Translations under genes and position numbers: made by a program | In this document: piece by piece, positions 10,660 to 24,233 of the stretch | Layout: the number at the start of each line of letters is the position of its first letter | Position numbering within the stretch: position 1 is the first letter of the stretch | NCBI GenBank assembly: GCA_043228905.1 | Contig: JBHGNT010000004.1 | Coordinates: 8,308,001-8,372,000 of the forward strand | Source: Azolla caroliniana | Taxonomy: Eukaryota > Plantae > Polypodiophyta | Length of the DNA: 64,000 bases | Reading direction: 5' to 3' | Notes under the pieces: model-generated | What the model was told of the DNA's origin: nothing | Seen by the model: only the letters and a program-made list of their open reading frames with translations | The model's database searches: none

Positions 10660-13600
10660 ACGACAACGCGACTTGTCGGTGGCTGATTACACCTCGAAGA
10701 TCAAAGAGATATGCGACTACTTAGCCTCTATCGATGTGAATATCGAAGAAGCCGATATGGTGCAAATCAGTCTCGGAGGTTTGGCGTCAAAGTTTGGAGC
10801 GTTCCGAACTGTTGTGTGTACACGGGAGAATACGTCGTCATTTTTCGACTTACAGTTGATGCTCCTTGTGGAGGAGAACCACACTGATGTGTCAACAAGT
10901 GCACCAACCGACAACCGGATGTTGTACACAGCGGCGGATCGGCCCCGTGGGCGTGGTGGATGAGGCGGTTCGGCTCGCAATGGTAGCGGCCAACAAGAGC
11001 AAGACCAAAGGCATAGAGAATGTGCCGACACTAGTTCAAGTAGGGGGAGTCAAGGCGGTGTCGGAGGCCGGCAAGCAAGCAAAGGCCGACACGAAATGCT
11101 GGTACTGTGGTAAAAAGGGCCACAGAGAAAGTGAGTGCTGGAGAAAGCACACCGATTCGGACAGATCCGGATCCGGCAAGGCCGACAGAGAGAACCGAAA
11201 ATACTCGCACCACGCAGAAGGATTGGGAGGATCCAAAACCGGAAAAGCTTGTAAAGGGCCGACCTTGGTGGTGAAACATGAGGCTAACTCGATGAAGAAG
11301 ACCACTTCCAAATCGGAGGAAGTGTCGGAAGAAGAGAGTCTGATCTCATTTCGGTTAAGTGGACCGAATGAGCGGCTGAGTCGGGATGAGGAACTAGCGA
11401 GTAGAGGAGACTCTACCGTCCTCTCCCCTCGTAGGGAACCGAGGAGATCGTTCACGCGCAAAGAGAAGGGGAAGAAGAAGATGCCGGAATATGAAACCGG
11501 CAACATTGAGTCGGATCGGAGCGAATCCGACTCCGGAAAGGATGAAGGTGGATCTTCGAGAACGATGTCCGAACCGGCCAAGAAGGGCCCCAAACCGAGT
11601 AACGATAGATTACGCTGGTCTTCCCGCCAGAAGAAACCTGTGAAGCGGTACGGGTACAATGAGTACATGGCGCATCTCTATGCGTACATGACCAAGGTGG
11701 CGGAAGTGCATGAGCCGGAGAGCTACGTAGAAGTGGCAAAGGACGCTAGTTGGTGTGCTGCTGTAGAGGAACAAATGTGGGCACTTGATGCCAACGACAC
11801 ATGGGACCTCGTTGAACCTCCCAGACATTGTAAACCGATCGGATGTAACTGGGTGTACAAGGTAAAGTAAACTACCGACGGTTCGGTTAACCGGTACAAG
11901 GCCCGGTTAGTGGTGAAGGGATACGCGCAGACCCACGGAATCGACTACGATGAGACATTCGCTTCGGTAGCGAAGATGACAACGGTTTGTATGGTGCTGG
12001 TGGTTGATGCGGCAAGGGAGTGGCATCTTCACTAGATGGACGTGAAGCATGCATTTCTTCAAGGAGATCTTGAAGAAGAGGTCTTCATGACCCAAGCTCC
12101 CGGTTTCCAGACGGAGATGAACAAGTCGGTGGTATGCTGGTTGAAGAACCTGATCTTGGAATGCCAAGATCACACACTGGTTGCGTAAGATGGGGTTTGC
12201 GACCTCCAAGTCTGACTCTTCGTTGTTCATCCGGCAAGGTCCGGACGATCTAGTTTGCATCTTGTTGTATGTTGATGATCTAGTCATCACCGGACCCGGA
12301 CTCGATGAAATCAGTCGAGTCAAGTCCTAGCTGTCGGATGCATTTGAGATGAAGGATGTGGGGGACCTTCACTATTTCCTTGGGATCGAGGTGATCCGAA
12401 CCCCCGATGACATATTGCTCTCACAAAGACACTATGTGTTGAATATGCTGTACAAGTTCAACATGACGGAATGCCGACTGATATCCACACCCTTGGACCG
12501 GAACCAGAAGCTCCGTCTCGACTCCGGACCGGCCTGCGACAAATCGTCGGAAGCCTGATCTACTTGACGATCACTCGACCCGACCTCAGTTACTCGGTCG
12601 GAGTGATCAGCCAGTTCATGCAGAAGCCGACCGTCAAGCACCTTCAGTGCGTACACCGGATACTCCGGTATGTAAGCAACACGAAGGAACGGGGACTGTT
12701 ATACCGCCATGGTATAACCGAAGAGCTAGTCGGCTACACCGATGCCGACTGGGCCGGCGATGCATCGGATCGCCGATCCACCTCCGACTATATGTTTTCC
12801 CTTGGTAGCGCGGCTGTTGCGTTGAGTAGCAAAAAGCAGCCAATAGTGGCCCTTTCGAGCACTAAGGTTGAATACCGGGGCGCTACTGTTGCCACTTGTG
12901 AAGCCATTTGGCTTTGGCGACTGCTGCACGACCTACGGATTGAGGTGCTGACCCCGATCCTGATCTACTACGACAACATAAGCAACATGTAGCTCACCAA
13001 GAACCCCGTATTCCATGCTCGCACAAAGCACATAGAAGTGCACTACCACTTCATGCGTGAGTGTGTCCTGAGTGGTGAAGTCAAACTTGGGTATGTTCAT
13101 ACAGATCGACAAGTTGCTCACATATTCACCAAACCGCTCAGATCGGACAAGTTGCAACACTTTGGCAAAGACACCAGAATAGGCAAAGGCAAAGAGACTG
13201 TTGGGTGTGCCGGTGAGGGAAGAACCGACAAAGGGGGAGACCGGAAGAAGAAGGCTAGGACCCGGACATGGTCAGATGTGGTGAAGGGCCTGGAACCAGA
13301 AGACGAATCGGGGGCAACCGATTCAGACAAGATCTTGAAAAAATCGGAGACAGCCGATTCGGTTCAAGAGATGGATTCAGAAGAACCAGATCAATTCATG
13401 GCCAAGATGACGAGATGGTAGCAAAAGTCGACGCCAACACGAAGGAATCGGCGAGTCTACAAGCGCCAAAGTCACAGTAGCGAGGGAGCTGATTTGGGTC
13501 TGCTGAGCAAACAAGCCGACCGAGAAGGTCGAGATGCACAGAAACAGAACGGTCGTGCCAAACGAGACCGAACCGGAAGAGGAGTGCGAGCGAGGCGCAG

Positions 13601-14116
13601 TGATACCAGAAGGAGCCGGGTGGAAGGACCGGCTTCCATGGAGACTAACACTACGATCCGACCTCAAGTTGAGCTTGAGGGGGAGTGTGGAGCAGCAAGC
13701 TCAACCAGATCCGGATCGGCATCCGGAAGGATGAAGCCGGATCGGTGAGACAGATTGGCGAGCTGGTGAGCAATTGAGCTGGTGAGTTGGGGAGCCGGTG
13801 AGCTAGATCAAACAATAACCGGAAGCCAGTAGTAGCCTAGACTACTAGGTAGTTAATGTCTTGTAGTTAGTGTCAGACGCTCGTGTGAGCATTGAAGTAC
13901 ACCGTACTTCTGTCAGGCCATATGGACTTGTATAAAAGTGTTCACTGAACACATACGATGTACAGAGTGTTACAGATTGACTAATATTTTGAGTTGAGTT
14001 TTTGTGTGCTCTCTCTCTCTCAGTCTCTCCCACGTACTGTGTATATTCTAAGCTCTCCATTAAACGTGCATTTCTATGTTCGGTTTTCTATTGCTTCTAC
14101 ACGCTATTCTTTTACA
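10660..14116 (+). mobile_element. Ty1/Copia element 2, 3' half (mid-gag to 3' LTR; PR-INT internally deleted)
   Basis: Starts at RQRDLSVADY; jumps at ~11327 from the pre-protease region to the INT-RT linker; RT, RNase H, PPT GAGGGGGAG, 3' LTR 13686-14116. Confidence 0.9.
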
Positions 14117-14339
14117 CTTTCTTATAATTTGCAAAACTAAAAGTCAAGTCTTGCAGTACCACCAACGGTAGGTAGCTCACATGGTACGAGCTAGTCGCCT
14201 CGATTGTTAACCTCAACGGTTACAACCCTATTACGGGCGATGGGGAGAAAAGTAAGGCTAAGATCCTGACAATCGATTCTGACAATCAAGTTGTAGCCCT
14301 CTCGTTCGTTCTTGTACCTTATCTCACTTCCACATATAG

Positions 14340-15610
14340 ATGGCCTCGACATTCGGCACTAGCTACGAGATCAAAAAATTCGATGGCAAGAACTTTGCTC
14401 TCTTGAAGGAGATGATGAAGGATGTACTGATCATCCGACGTCCAGTTGAGGCAATTCGACACAACATCAAGCCGGCCTCAATGATAGCAGAAGAATGGCG
14501 CTCTTTGGAGGAAATCGCCAGATCGACCATTCGGATACACTTGGCTGAAAACATCTATTTCACCATGGCCAAAGAGACGTCAACATACGCCCTGTGGGAG
14601 AAGCTCCAAGCCATGTATGAAAACAAATTATCTTCATCGAAACTCATATGGATCCGACAATTGTTCAATATGAAGATGAAGGAGTCAGAGGCAACAACCT
14701 CTCACATCAACACCTTTAGATGGGTGTTGGACGAACTCTCCTCTGAAGGGATGAAGTTCGAAGAAGAGGTAAAAGCTCTTATTCTTCTCTTGAGCCTACC
14801 GGCAAGTTGGGAAGTCTTATGCACCACGTTCACCAATAGCTTGCAGAAACTAATGTTGAACGAAGCTATCGGAATGATATTGTTGGAAGACATCCGACGA
14901 ATATCATTGGAACTCTCCATTAACGACAACGTAGAAGCCCACTTTTTGGCTGATACCGCTCAAAGAACATACTGAAGCTAGAGCTGGCCAAGGAGGAGAA
15001 TCGACCGCGATTGAAGTTGCACATTGGCAAGCCGAACGCTTTCTCCATAGATTGTAGAAAAGCCGGTAATAGCATTGCCGATTGTTGGTCAATTAAGAAG
15101 GGGAATGAACGCAAATTCGATAGGAATTCAGGATCGTTTGATTTGAAACACTCCCAAATCTGCAACCAAGTCAACGTTGTCAAATCCCAATGGGGAGAAG
15201 TCCTCTCGTTAGAGGTATCGACGGCCGGAGAGATCCTTTATAGCATACAAGATGTGCGAATGTGGCTACTTGATTCGGGAGCCACATTCCATGTGACCCC
15301 TCATCATGAATGGTTTTCAGACCATTCGGCCGATGTCGGCGGCATAGTCTGACTCGGCAATGGGCAAGAGTGCCGAGTCATCGAAATCGGCGAGATCCCT
15401 ACTCAGCTTCCGAATGCCAATAATATCATCCTACACCATGTCTGGTATGTACCTGAGCTCAAAATGAATTTGGTATCCATCGGCATGTTAGCTGAAGACG
15501 GGTAAAGGACGACACTAGGCGAAAATATTCGCAAATCACTAGAGGAAATCTCCTAATCAGCCATGGTGGAAAGTACAATAATTTGTACCCGCTTATAGTG
15601 ATCAGTCCAC
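14340..15610 (+). pseudogene. Copia gag-protease fragment (related to the element at 59410)
   Basis: KKFDGKNFAL, LIWIRQLFNMKM, LPASWE, degraded knuckle, WLLDSGATFHVTP; stops; no LTR recognised. Confidence 0.8.
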
Positions 15611-15612
15611 AC

Positions 15613-15903
15613 ATAGCTAACTGGCTGATAATAGCTAAGTTTACTATTGCAAATAACTAAATAGCTATTACTAGTAGCTAGTTAGCTATGGTCATATTCT
15701 GAGGTAGCTAATTAGCTATTGTGGTAGCGAATTAGCTGATAATAGTTTAGTTTAGTATTGACAATAGCTATTACCAGTAGCTAGTTAGCTATAGTCATAT
15801 TCTGAGATAACTAATTAGCTATTGTGGTAGCTAATTAACTGATAATAGCTAAGTTAGCTATTGTCAATTGCTATTTAGTTATTACTAGTAGCTAGTTAGC
15901 TAG
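15613..15903. repeat. TAGCTA-rich tandem repeat (~100-110 bp unit), left part; continues at 22508-22772
   Basis: Recurrent GCTGATAATAGCTAAG / GCTAGTTAGCTATGGTCATATTCTGAG units on both sides of the chromovirus insertion. Confidence 0.85.
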
Positions 15904-16284
15904 TGTCCGGATATGGCAAGACTCGAACCCATGACCTTATGGTATATGGGTCGAGCTCTTAACCATCACACCATCTATTGTAATTCATAGGATATTATTT
16001 TCAGGATTACTCCTGACAACACTATAAAAGAAGGCACTAGGCATTATGTTGAACCAAATTGGTTCAACGCCAGTCTTAAGCCTCTTAGCCGCTTGTACTT
16101 ATCTTTTCATATAATATATTAGTTGTTGTCATCATTTTTCTCTCTCTTTCATCCTCGCTATCTCTCTCTCTCCTCCTCTCACTTCCTCTCTCGGGAATCT
16201 TACGCAGTCCCGTCCTCTTAGTACTAATAGTATTGATCTTCTTAGTACTAATTCCATCTTTGCTTTAGTACTATTGCTGACAGT

Positions 16285-16296
16285 TTGAACCAATTT
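16285..16296 (+). promoter_or_regulatory. Self-priming PBS
   Basis: TTGAACCAATTT is the exact complement of LTR 16056-16067, ~33 nt downstream of TATAAAA at 16023. Confidence 0.85.
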
Positions 16297-19200
16297 TTCC
16301 TTTCCTCCAGCCTACTTGTCATTCTCCCTCATCCTCCTACCCTTTTCCCTATACTATGGCTACTGTTAGCGCCCAAGAATATCAATCCGTTTTCTCCGAG
16401 TTACAGTGCCTAAAAGAAAAGTTTGTTGACCTGGAACAAGAAAACCAATGGTTGATAGGGGATTTGCAACAAATCTCTCTCGAAAAACAACAAACGCAAC
16501 AACAACATGGGGAGTTAGCATTACGGGTACAACAACTCGAAGCAGCGTTGCAACAACAAGGATCAAGTCCCCAAGGATTTCATAAAGAGCCCAAGATTGT
16601 ACTTCCTGTTTCATGGATCGAAATTTTGCCCAAGCTTCTCAGATATCCCTAAGAAAACTTCCTTGTCCCGCATCTGTAGTAGTCATTGATGGTCGTCCCA
16701 TTGCTTCCGGGAATATCGTAGAAGAATCAGAACCCATTCAAGTTGTCCTAGGTAGTTTTGTGTGTGTAATATCATTTAATATAATTAGTAGTCCAGAGCA
16801 TCCCATTGTCCTAGGATTACCTTGGTTTGAATTACATAATCCAGCCATAGATTGGAGAGAACAAGAGAAGTCCGATATCGACCACCCCAAGAATCTACTC
16901 CCCGAGTTTCGACCATTTCACTCCATCAATTACGCGAAGAAGGACACAAGGAGGCAATGTTCCTATTTGCAATATCAGTACATCCTTCCAGTACTATTAA
17001 GAAGGACTCCTCAATACAACTTCCGGCAAAATATCATCCTTATGCCGATGTATTTGACAAGGTAAAAGCTGGTACCCTTCCTCATCACCGTCCCTATGAC
17101 TGTCCCATCGATTTACAACCAGGAACCGAGCCACCATGGGGACCAATTTACAACTTGTCACCCACCGAGTAAGAAGTCCTTCGAGCCTACATAGAGGAGA
17201 ACTTGGCAAGCGGGTTCATCCGTCATTCGAAATCTCCGACCGGTGCACCCATCTTCTTTGTCAAGAAGAAAGATGGCTCACTTCGTCTCGTTGTTGATTA
17301 CTGCGGATTGAATAAGGTCACCATCCGGAATAGGTATGCACTTCCTCTTATATCAAGTCTTTTAGAGCGAGTTAATGGTGCCAAGTTTTTTACCAAAATC
17401 GATCTACGAGGAGCGTATAACCTCGTGCGGATCCGACAAGGAGATGAATGGAAGACCGCCTTTCGCACGCGGTATGGGCATTTCGAGTATACTGTTATGC
17501 CGTTCGGCCTAACCAATGCACCCACAGTCTTCCAACACATGGCAAATGATATATTCAGAGACCTCTTGGATATCTGTTTGATCATCTATCTTGATGATCT
17601 ATTGATTTATTCGAAGACCCAGCAAGAGCACGATTCTCATGTACTATTAGTACTAAAGCGACTCCGCGAGAATGGTCTTTATGCCAAGCTAGAAAAATGT
17701 AGCTTTGACTGCAAGCAAGTGGAATTTCTAGTCTATGTCATCTCCTCAAAGGGCATCGCCATGGATCCAGCTAAAGTCCAAACTGTACTAGAGTGGCAAA
17801 TTCCACGGTCGGTATGAGATGTACAATGTTTTCTAGGTTTTGCTAACTTCTACCGTAAGTTTATACAGGATTACTCAAAGATTATCTTACCCCTCACACA
17901 ACTTACGAAGAAGGGCCAAGCATTTCTTTCGTCCATTGAAGTAGATATGGCTTTTCGGCTTCTTAAGAAAGCCTTTACATCAGCACCGATTCTAGCTCAT
18001 GTGGATACTAGCAAACCATTCATCATGGAGGCCGATGCTTCAGATTTCGCCCTCGGTAGCATCCTTTCTCAACAAGGAGATAAAGAAGAGCTACATCCGA
18101 TGGCTTTCCATTCGCGCAAATTCGATGTTGCGGAAATCAACTACGAAATACATAACAAGGAGTTATTAGCCATCGTGGATTCATTTGTGCAATGGCGGCA
18201 TTTCTTAGAGGGCTCTCCACATCAGGTCCTTGTCTTTAGTGATCATAAAAATCTTGCTTATTTCCAGAACGCTCGCATACTAAATCGACGGCAAGCTCGG
18301 TGAACGCAATTCCTCACGCGTTTCGACTTCAAAATCACATATCGACCGGGGAAGCAGCAAGGAAAAGCAGATGCACTATCACCGCGTTCATATCTTGCAC
18401 CTCGTCCAGGTGATCCAACATTTGATAATCAAAAGCAAGTAATCTTGGGACCAACACAATTGCACACGACGCGGATTTTTGACACCCCGATGGATTCACG
18501 GATTACCGATGACATACGTGCAAACTTGAAGACGGATAGTTTTGCTTAAGACCTCTTGGCACACATTCATACTTCTCGGGCATCCTGTTCTCAGTCCCAA
18601 CAACCAGGTATTGACTACCGACAATTCGAATATCATGATGGTTTGTTATTCTTTAAAAAGCGCGTATATGTCCCCGATTGCTCCTGTCGCATTCAAATCG
18701 TCCAGCATTGTCATGACACCCATACGGCGGGACATTTTGGTAGTACTAAGACGTTGGAGCTAGTGCAACGATCTTTTTGGTGGCCCCACATGTGCCGTTT
18801 TGTCGACGACTACGTTCGGACCTGTGATGCTTGCTGCCGAGCAAAGATGCCACGACACCATCCATATGGCTTGTTGGAACCCTTACCGATTCCAAGTAAG
18901 TCGTGGCAGTCTATTTGTCTTGATTTTATCATAGATCTGCCGGTTTCGCAGGGGTTCGATGCTATCTTAACCATCGTCGATCGATATACGAAGATGGCAC
19001 ATTTTGTTCCGTGTCTAAGGCCATCACTAGCGAGGAAACCGCCGCCCTAGTCATGCGTGAGGTATTTCGGCATCATGGCCTCCCAAACAGTATCATCAGT
19101 GACCGAGGACCGCAATTTGTCTCCAAATTTTGGCAGCATCTCTTCAAGATGCTCAAGGTCTCTTGCAACCTCTCCTCCGGCTACCATCCTCAGACCGATG

Positions 19201-19596
19201 GGCAGGCAGAATGAACAAACCAAACGCTGGAGCAATATCTCCGGTGTTTCCTGAGTTATCAACAGGACGATTGGGCCGAGATTCTCCACTTTGCGGAGTT
19301 TGCGTATAATAATGTTGTTCACTCCTTGACTCGAGTCTCCCCATTCTACGCTTATACCAGTTCTCATCCTCGGTGGTCGGTAATCGACACCCCAGAGCTA
19401 CCTACCAATCCTCGTGCCGGGGATCATTTGGAGAGACTATGCAAGATCCAGACAGATCTCTCGACTCATCTTCGTCATGCTCAACAGACACAGAAGACTT
19501 ACGCGGATCGTCATCGGCTTCCCTCCTCTTTTTCCATTGGAGATCGAGTATGGCTCTTACGTCGTCACATCAAGACTACTCGACCGTGCAACAAGT

Positions 19597-20923
19597 GTGA
19601 GGTGTCCGACATCTGCTTTGGCTTTCGTCAACTTTGTGTGCTTCCGTTTGGCCTTCGGTTTTCTTTGGCCTGTCCGAGGCAATCTCGGTTCCTCCCCCTC
19701 AAGCCGGTGACGAAGGCTTGTAGTGTGTGGGCGAAGATCAACTACTTCCACCCATCATGGGTTACGAGCCGCTTCGGTGGAGCTCTTGGGCTTTTGTTCG
19801 GCCGCTACCTTCATCGCGAAGGCATAGTGATGGGTCATGTACTCGTTGTAGCCAAGCTGAGCGATTGGATTCTTCTCTTTAGAAGAGCGTCGAAGTTCTT
19901 CACTCGCGGATGTGAGCGCCTTCTTTACTCCGGGTGTCTACATGATGGGTACACCAAACTCACTATTTGGTGAGGGAGCCGACACATCCGAATCACTGTC
20001 GTCGGGGTGGTCGACTTCGTATTTGGGCATCTTACCTTTCCCTTTGTCCAAGGTCGTACTTGGCCGTGATGTGCTTCGGTCATTCGGGGCTCTTGTGGCC
20101 CACTAAGCCTTGTCATAATCAGACTTCCTTCGAACATGCACGTGAGTCGATCTTTAGCTTCTATCTCTATTTCGGCGGATTCCGGGTAAAACAGAATTGG
20201 AGTCGAAGTTGTCTCTAGTGCGTACGAGGATGCAGACTCGTCGAAGACTACGTCTCGACTTACCCGAACTGCTCGGGTAGAAGGGTTGTAGCACTTGTAT
20301 GCCTTCTTCTCGGACGGGTATCCTACAATGATACATTTCTCTGACTTCGCGTTGGGCTTCTGTTGATATTCGTTCGGGAAGCGTACATTCGCAATGCTTC
20401 CGAACACCTTGAGGTGCGATAGGATCGGCTTCCGTTCGACAAGGAGCTCGTATGGAGTTAGCTCATGCACTCCATTAGTAGTGCATCGATTCATGAGATA
20501 GACGGCCGTGGATGCCGCGTCGGCCCAATAAAAGTTCAGCATGTGCTTCTTATGTAACATGGCCCATACTACCTCGAGTATTTGTCAATTCTTCCTATCG
20601 GTGACTCCATTTTGTTGGGGTGTGTGTCGGCATGAGAATTCTCTCCGAATGCCTTCACTTTGGAGGTAGGAGGTGAATTCATCGGAGAAGTACTCCTTGC
20701 CTCCTTCCGATCGTAGACATCGAATGTGCCGATTAGTTTCTTTTTCGACTTGGCCCTTGAGCTTTTGGAAGAGGAAGAACACTTCGCTCTTCTTCTTCAT
20801 CGAGAAGATCCACGCATAGCGCGAGTAGTCGTCGATGAAGGTGACGTAGAATCGGCATCCATTGATCGTTGGCATTTGAGCCAGTCCCCATACATTCGAG
20901 TGTATGATGTCGAGGAGGCCTTT
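19597..20923 (-). mobile_element. Copia integrase fragment inserted antisense in the chromovirus, without LTRs
   Basis: SKGLLDIIHSNVWG, HTPQQNG, VSRDVVFDE; jumps from RT start to the end of pol. Confidence 0.88.
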
Positions 20924-22507
20924 GCTTGTTGGAACCCTTACCGATTCCAAGTAAGTCGTGGCAGTCTATTTCTCTTGATTTTATCACAGATCTGCCGGTT
21001 TCGCAGGGGTTCGATGCTATCTTAACCGTCGTCGATCGATATACGAAGATGGCACATTTTGTTCCGTGTACTAAGGCCATCACTAGCGAGGAAACCGCCG
21101 CCCTAGTCATGCGTGAGGTATTTCGGCATCATGGCCTCCCAGACAGTATCATCAGTGACCGAGGACCGCAATTTGTCTCCAAATTTTGGCAGCATCTCTT
21201 CAAGATGCTCAAGGTCTCTTGCAACCTCTCCTTCGGCTACCATCCTCAGACCGATGGGCAGGCAGAACAAACAAACCAAACGCTGGAGCAATATCTCCGG
21301 TGTTTCCTGAGTTATCAACAGGACGATTGGGCCGAGATTCTCCACTTTGCGGAGTTTGCGTATAATAATGTTGTTCACTGCTCGACTCGAGTCTCCCCAT
21401 TCTACGCTTATACCGGTTCTCATCCTCGGTGGTCGGTGATCGACACCCCAGAGCTACCTACCAATCCTCGTGCCGGGGATCATTTGGAGAGACTACGCAA
21501 GATCCAGACAGATCTCTCGACTCATCTTCGTCATGCTCAACAGACACAGAAGACTTACGCGGATCGTCATCGGCTTCCCTCCTCTTTTTCCATTGGAGAT
21601 CGAGTATGGCTCTTGCGTCGTCACATCAAGACTACTCGACCGTGCGACAAGTTGGATTATCGACGACTCGGTCCTTTCCGTATTACAAGTAAAGTTAATG
21701 ATGTCACATTCCACCTTGATCTCCCTCCGCAGCTTCAGATACATCCAGTTTTCCATTGTTCTCTTCTTGAACCTTATAAAGCAAACACCATTCCCGATCG
21801 TGTTACACCACCGCCGCCCCCGTTGGAGTTGGACGTCGGCCCGGAGTATGAAGTTGCTGCCATCCTCGATTCCAAACTTATTCGCAACAAACTTTATTAT
21901 TTGGTCGATTGGGTTGGTTATAGTCCGAGCGCACTTGGGAACCCATCGAGCATGTTGCCAATGCTCAGGATTTGCTTGCTGATTTCCACCGAAAGTATCC
22001 GGACAAACCCGGTCCGCAATCAGCGCTGACTCGTTCCACTCGTCGTCTTTAAGGGGGAGATAGTGTCAGGATATGGCAAGACTCGAACCCATGACCTTAT
22101 GGTATATGGGTTGAGCTCTTAACCATCACACCATCTATTGTAATTCATAGGATATTATTTTCATTTATGTTTTATTATAAGAAAGTAATGTATATTCCAG
22201 ATTTCTCTGGAACATTCTAGAAGTTTCAGGATTAACCCTGACAACACTATAAAAGAAGGCACTAGGCATTATGTTGAACCAAATTGGTTCAACGCCAGTC
22301 TTAAGCCTCTTAGCCGCTTGTATTTATCTTTTCATATAATATATTAGTTGTTGTCATCATTTTTCTCTCTCTTTCATCCTCGCTATCTCTATCTCTCCTC
22401 CTCTCACTTCCTCTCTCGGGAATCTTACGCAGTCCCGTCCTCTTAGTACTAATAGTATTGCTCTTCTTAGTACTAATTCCATCTCTGCTTTAGTACTATT
22501 GCTGACA

Positions 22508-22772
22508 GCTATGACCATATTCTGAGGTAGCTAAATAACTATTACCAATAGCTAGTTAGCTATGGTCATATTCTAAGGTAGCTAATTAGCTATGGTCATA
22601 TTCTAAGGTAGCTAATTAGCTATGGTCATATTCTGAGATAGCTAATTAGCTATTGTGGTAGCTAACTAGCTGATAATAGCTAAGTTAGCTATTGTCAATT
22701 GCTATTTAGCTATTACACATAGCTAGTTAGCTATGATCATATTCTAAGGTTGTTAATTAGCTAACTAACTAA
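22508..22772. repeat. TAGCTA-rich tandem repeat, right part
   Basis: Same units as 15613-15903, including 30-bp tandem copies at 22557-22650. Confidence 0.85.
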
Positions 22773-22804
22773 GCTTAAAAATCAAAACAAAAGTTGAGAT
22801 AAGT

Positions 22805-24233
22805 GTAAATACTTGAGGCACATGAAGAAGATGAATGGGATGCTCCTCGTCTTGACTCCTTCCAACACGTTGTCGCGGTATTCCGCGGGTACGTGTAGGA
22901 TCTTAGGCGGGACTGCGGGGGTCTTGGACTAGGAAGGGGTTAGGAGAAACAAGAATAGATTAACAAGGAAGAGTAGTAGACCGAGACGAATACACCAACA
23001 AGTTACATTAAGAGGCCACCAAACAATTTACAACCATGGCCATATAGACCATATGCAAACACCACTAGATCAAACCCTAACCAGATAGAAAAAGAAGAAG
23101 AATGAAAGCCTAGATGAAACCCTAAACCGAATAGGGTGAAGAAGAACCCGAGAACGATCAAAGCCCTAACCAAGAAGAGAAAGACTACCAAACCCTAGAT
23201 TTAAGTGGTATACCCTTCTAACACAAAATAGGCAACGCCCACACAAGAGACCCTCCCTTCCTTTTATAGCACAAGGAGGGAGGGACGTAACAATGTGGGA
23301 TAAATATCCCTTATTACAAGGGATACTCTATCTCGTTATCACTCCTATTCGGTGCCTTAAAGGCACCCATTACCTTTGTACATCTTTTACAAGAGTGAGT
23401 ACACACAGTGCACTCCGCCGATATCCCCTACAACCTCCGGTTTCGCACTGTGGCTGCAAATCCTCACGACAACGTTTCCAGCATAAATCTTTCTTATTGG
23501 GTGAAACCCTACTCTCATTACTGCAAAATATGGTGATTATATCCTTGATTTCTGATGGTATGGGTGTCATTGGCTTATATCTTGTTGTTAGCTTTCGCAG
23601 ACTAGTTCCTTCACCACTTGAAATTATCCAGTTCATTATATTGTACATAGTTTTCTACTAACACCAATTACACTAGATAGCACATTGATGTTAAGATCGT
23701 CAACATCACTATTAAGTAAAATCATTAGACTATACATTTTTAAGACAAGATCATCTTTTGACCTGCTCATGGATACGAAACTATTACGGAGATTATTTAC
23801 TAGTACAAATGTTATGTTTGCATTAAGACCATCACAATCAACTAACTCCTTTATCGATGGATCATTTAATATTCCATAAAGTACTACCTTCTTGTCTTCA
23901 TTGTTGATGTGCTTGGTCTGAACATTGAAATAATCTACAACCTTTTTGTCTATGATAGTAGTCTCATTACTTCCATTCTCAGTGGTATTCAAACCTATAT
24001 TACAACCAATGTTATCCTTACCTTTAGTGAATGTGGCTTTCGTATCCTTCAACAATTGACAATGTTTCCTTTTTTTACTGCCCAATACTTTCATATCGCT
24101 TGTTGTGTCCTAATAGCATCATCCCTATCCTGATGATCCATGAGGGGTATTGGTAAACACCCTCCTTCCCTTTCCATTTGGCTTGACATATTCATTAGTA
24201 AATTTCCACAAAATAGACATGTAGCTAGTTACT
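22805..24233 (-). pseudogene. Degraded ORF, possibly the N-terminal part of a DNA transposase (Sola2-like, tentative), split by the solo LTR
   Basis: ORF pieces 23636-24094 and 23472-23648; removing the solo LTR restores SRVSPNKKDLCWKR|VGRSQDEEHPIHLLHVPQ. Family assignment is from recall only. Confidence 0.4.
22871..23471 (-). mobile_element. Solo LTR related to Gypsy A/B, with 4-bp TSD ACGT
   Basis: TGTCG...CGACA termini; shares TTGGACTAGGA motif position with LTRs at 4690 and 25831; ACGT on both sides. Confidence 0.8.

Larger units (their letters stand above)
15904..22507 (+). mobile_element. Ty3/Gypsy chromovirus (Tcn1/Tf1-like) element 1 with both LTRs; gag deleted, integrase segment duplicated
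   Basis: LTRs 15904-16282 and 22064-22507; TSD GCTAG/GCTAT (one mismatch); RT ([13 protein letters not shown]), RNase H (ADASDFA), integrase (SDRGPQF, GPF), chromodomain (EYEVAAILD...YLVDWVGY); PPT AAGGGGGAGA. Confidence 0.95.

Noticed and set aside
14160-14250. Further SINE-like head (GGTAGCTCACATGGT)
   Set aside because: B box too degenerate; no tail or TSD.
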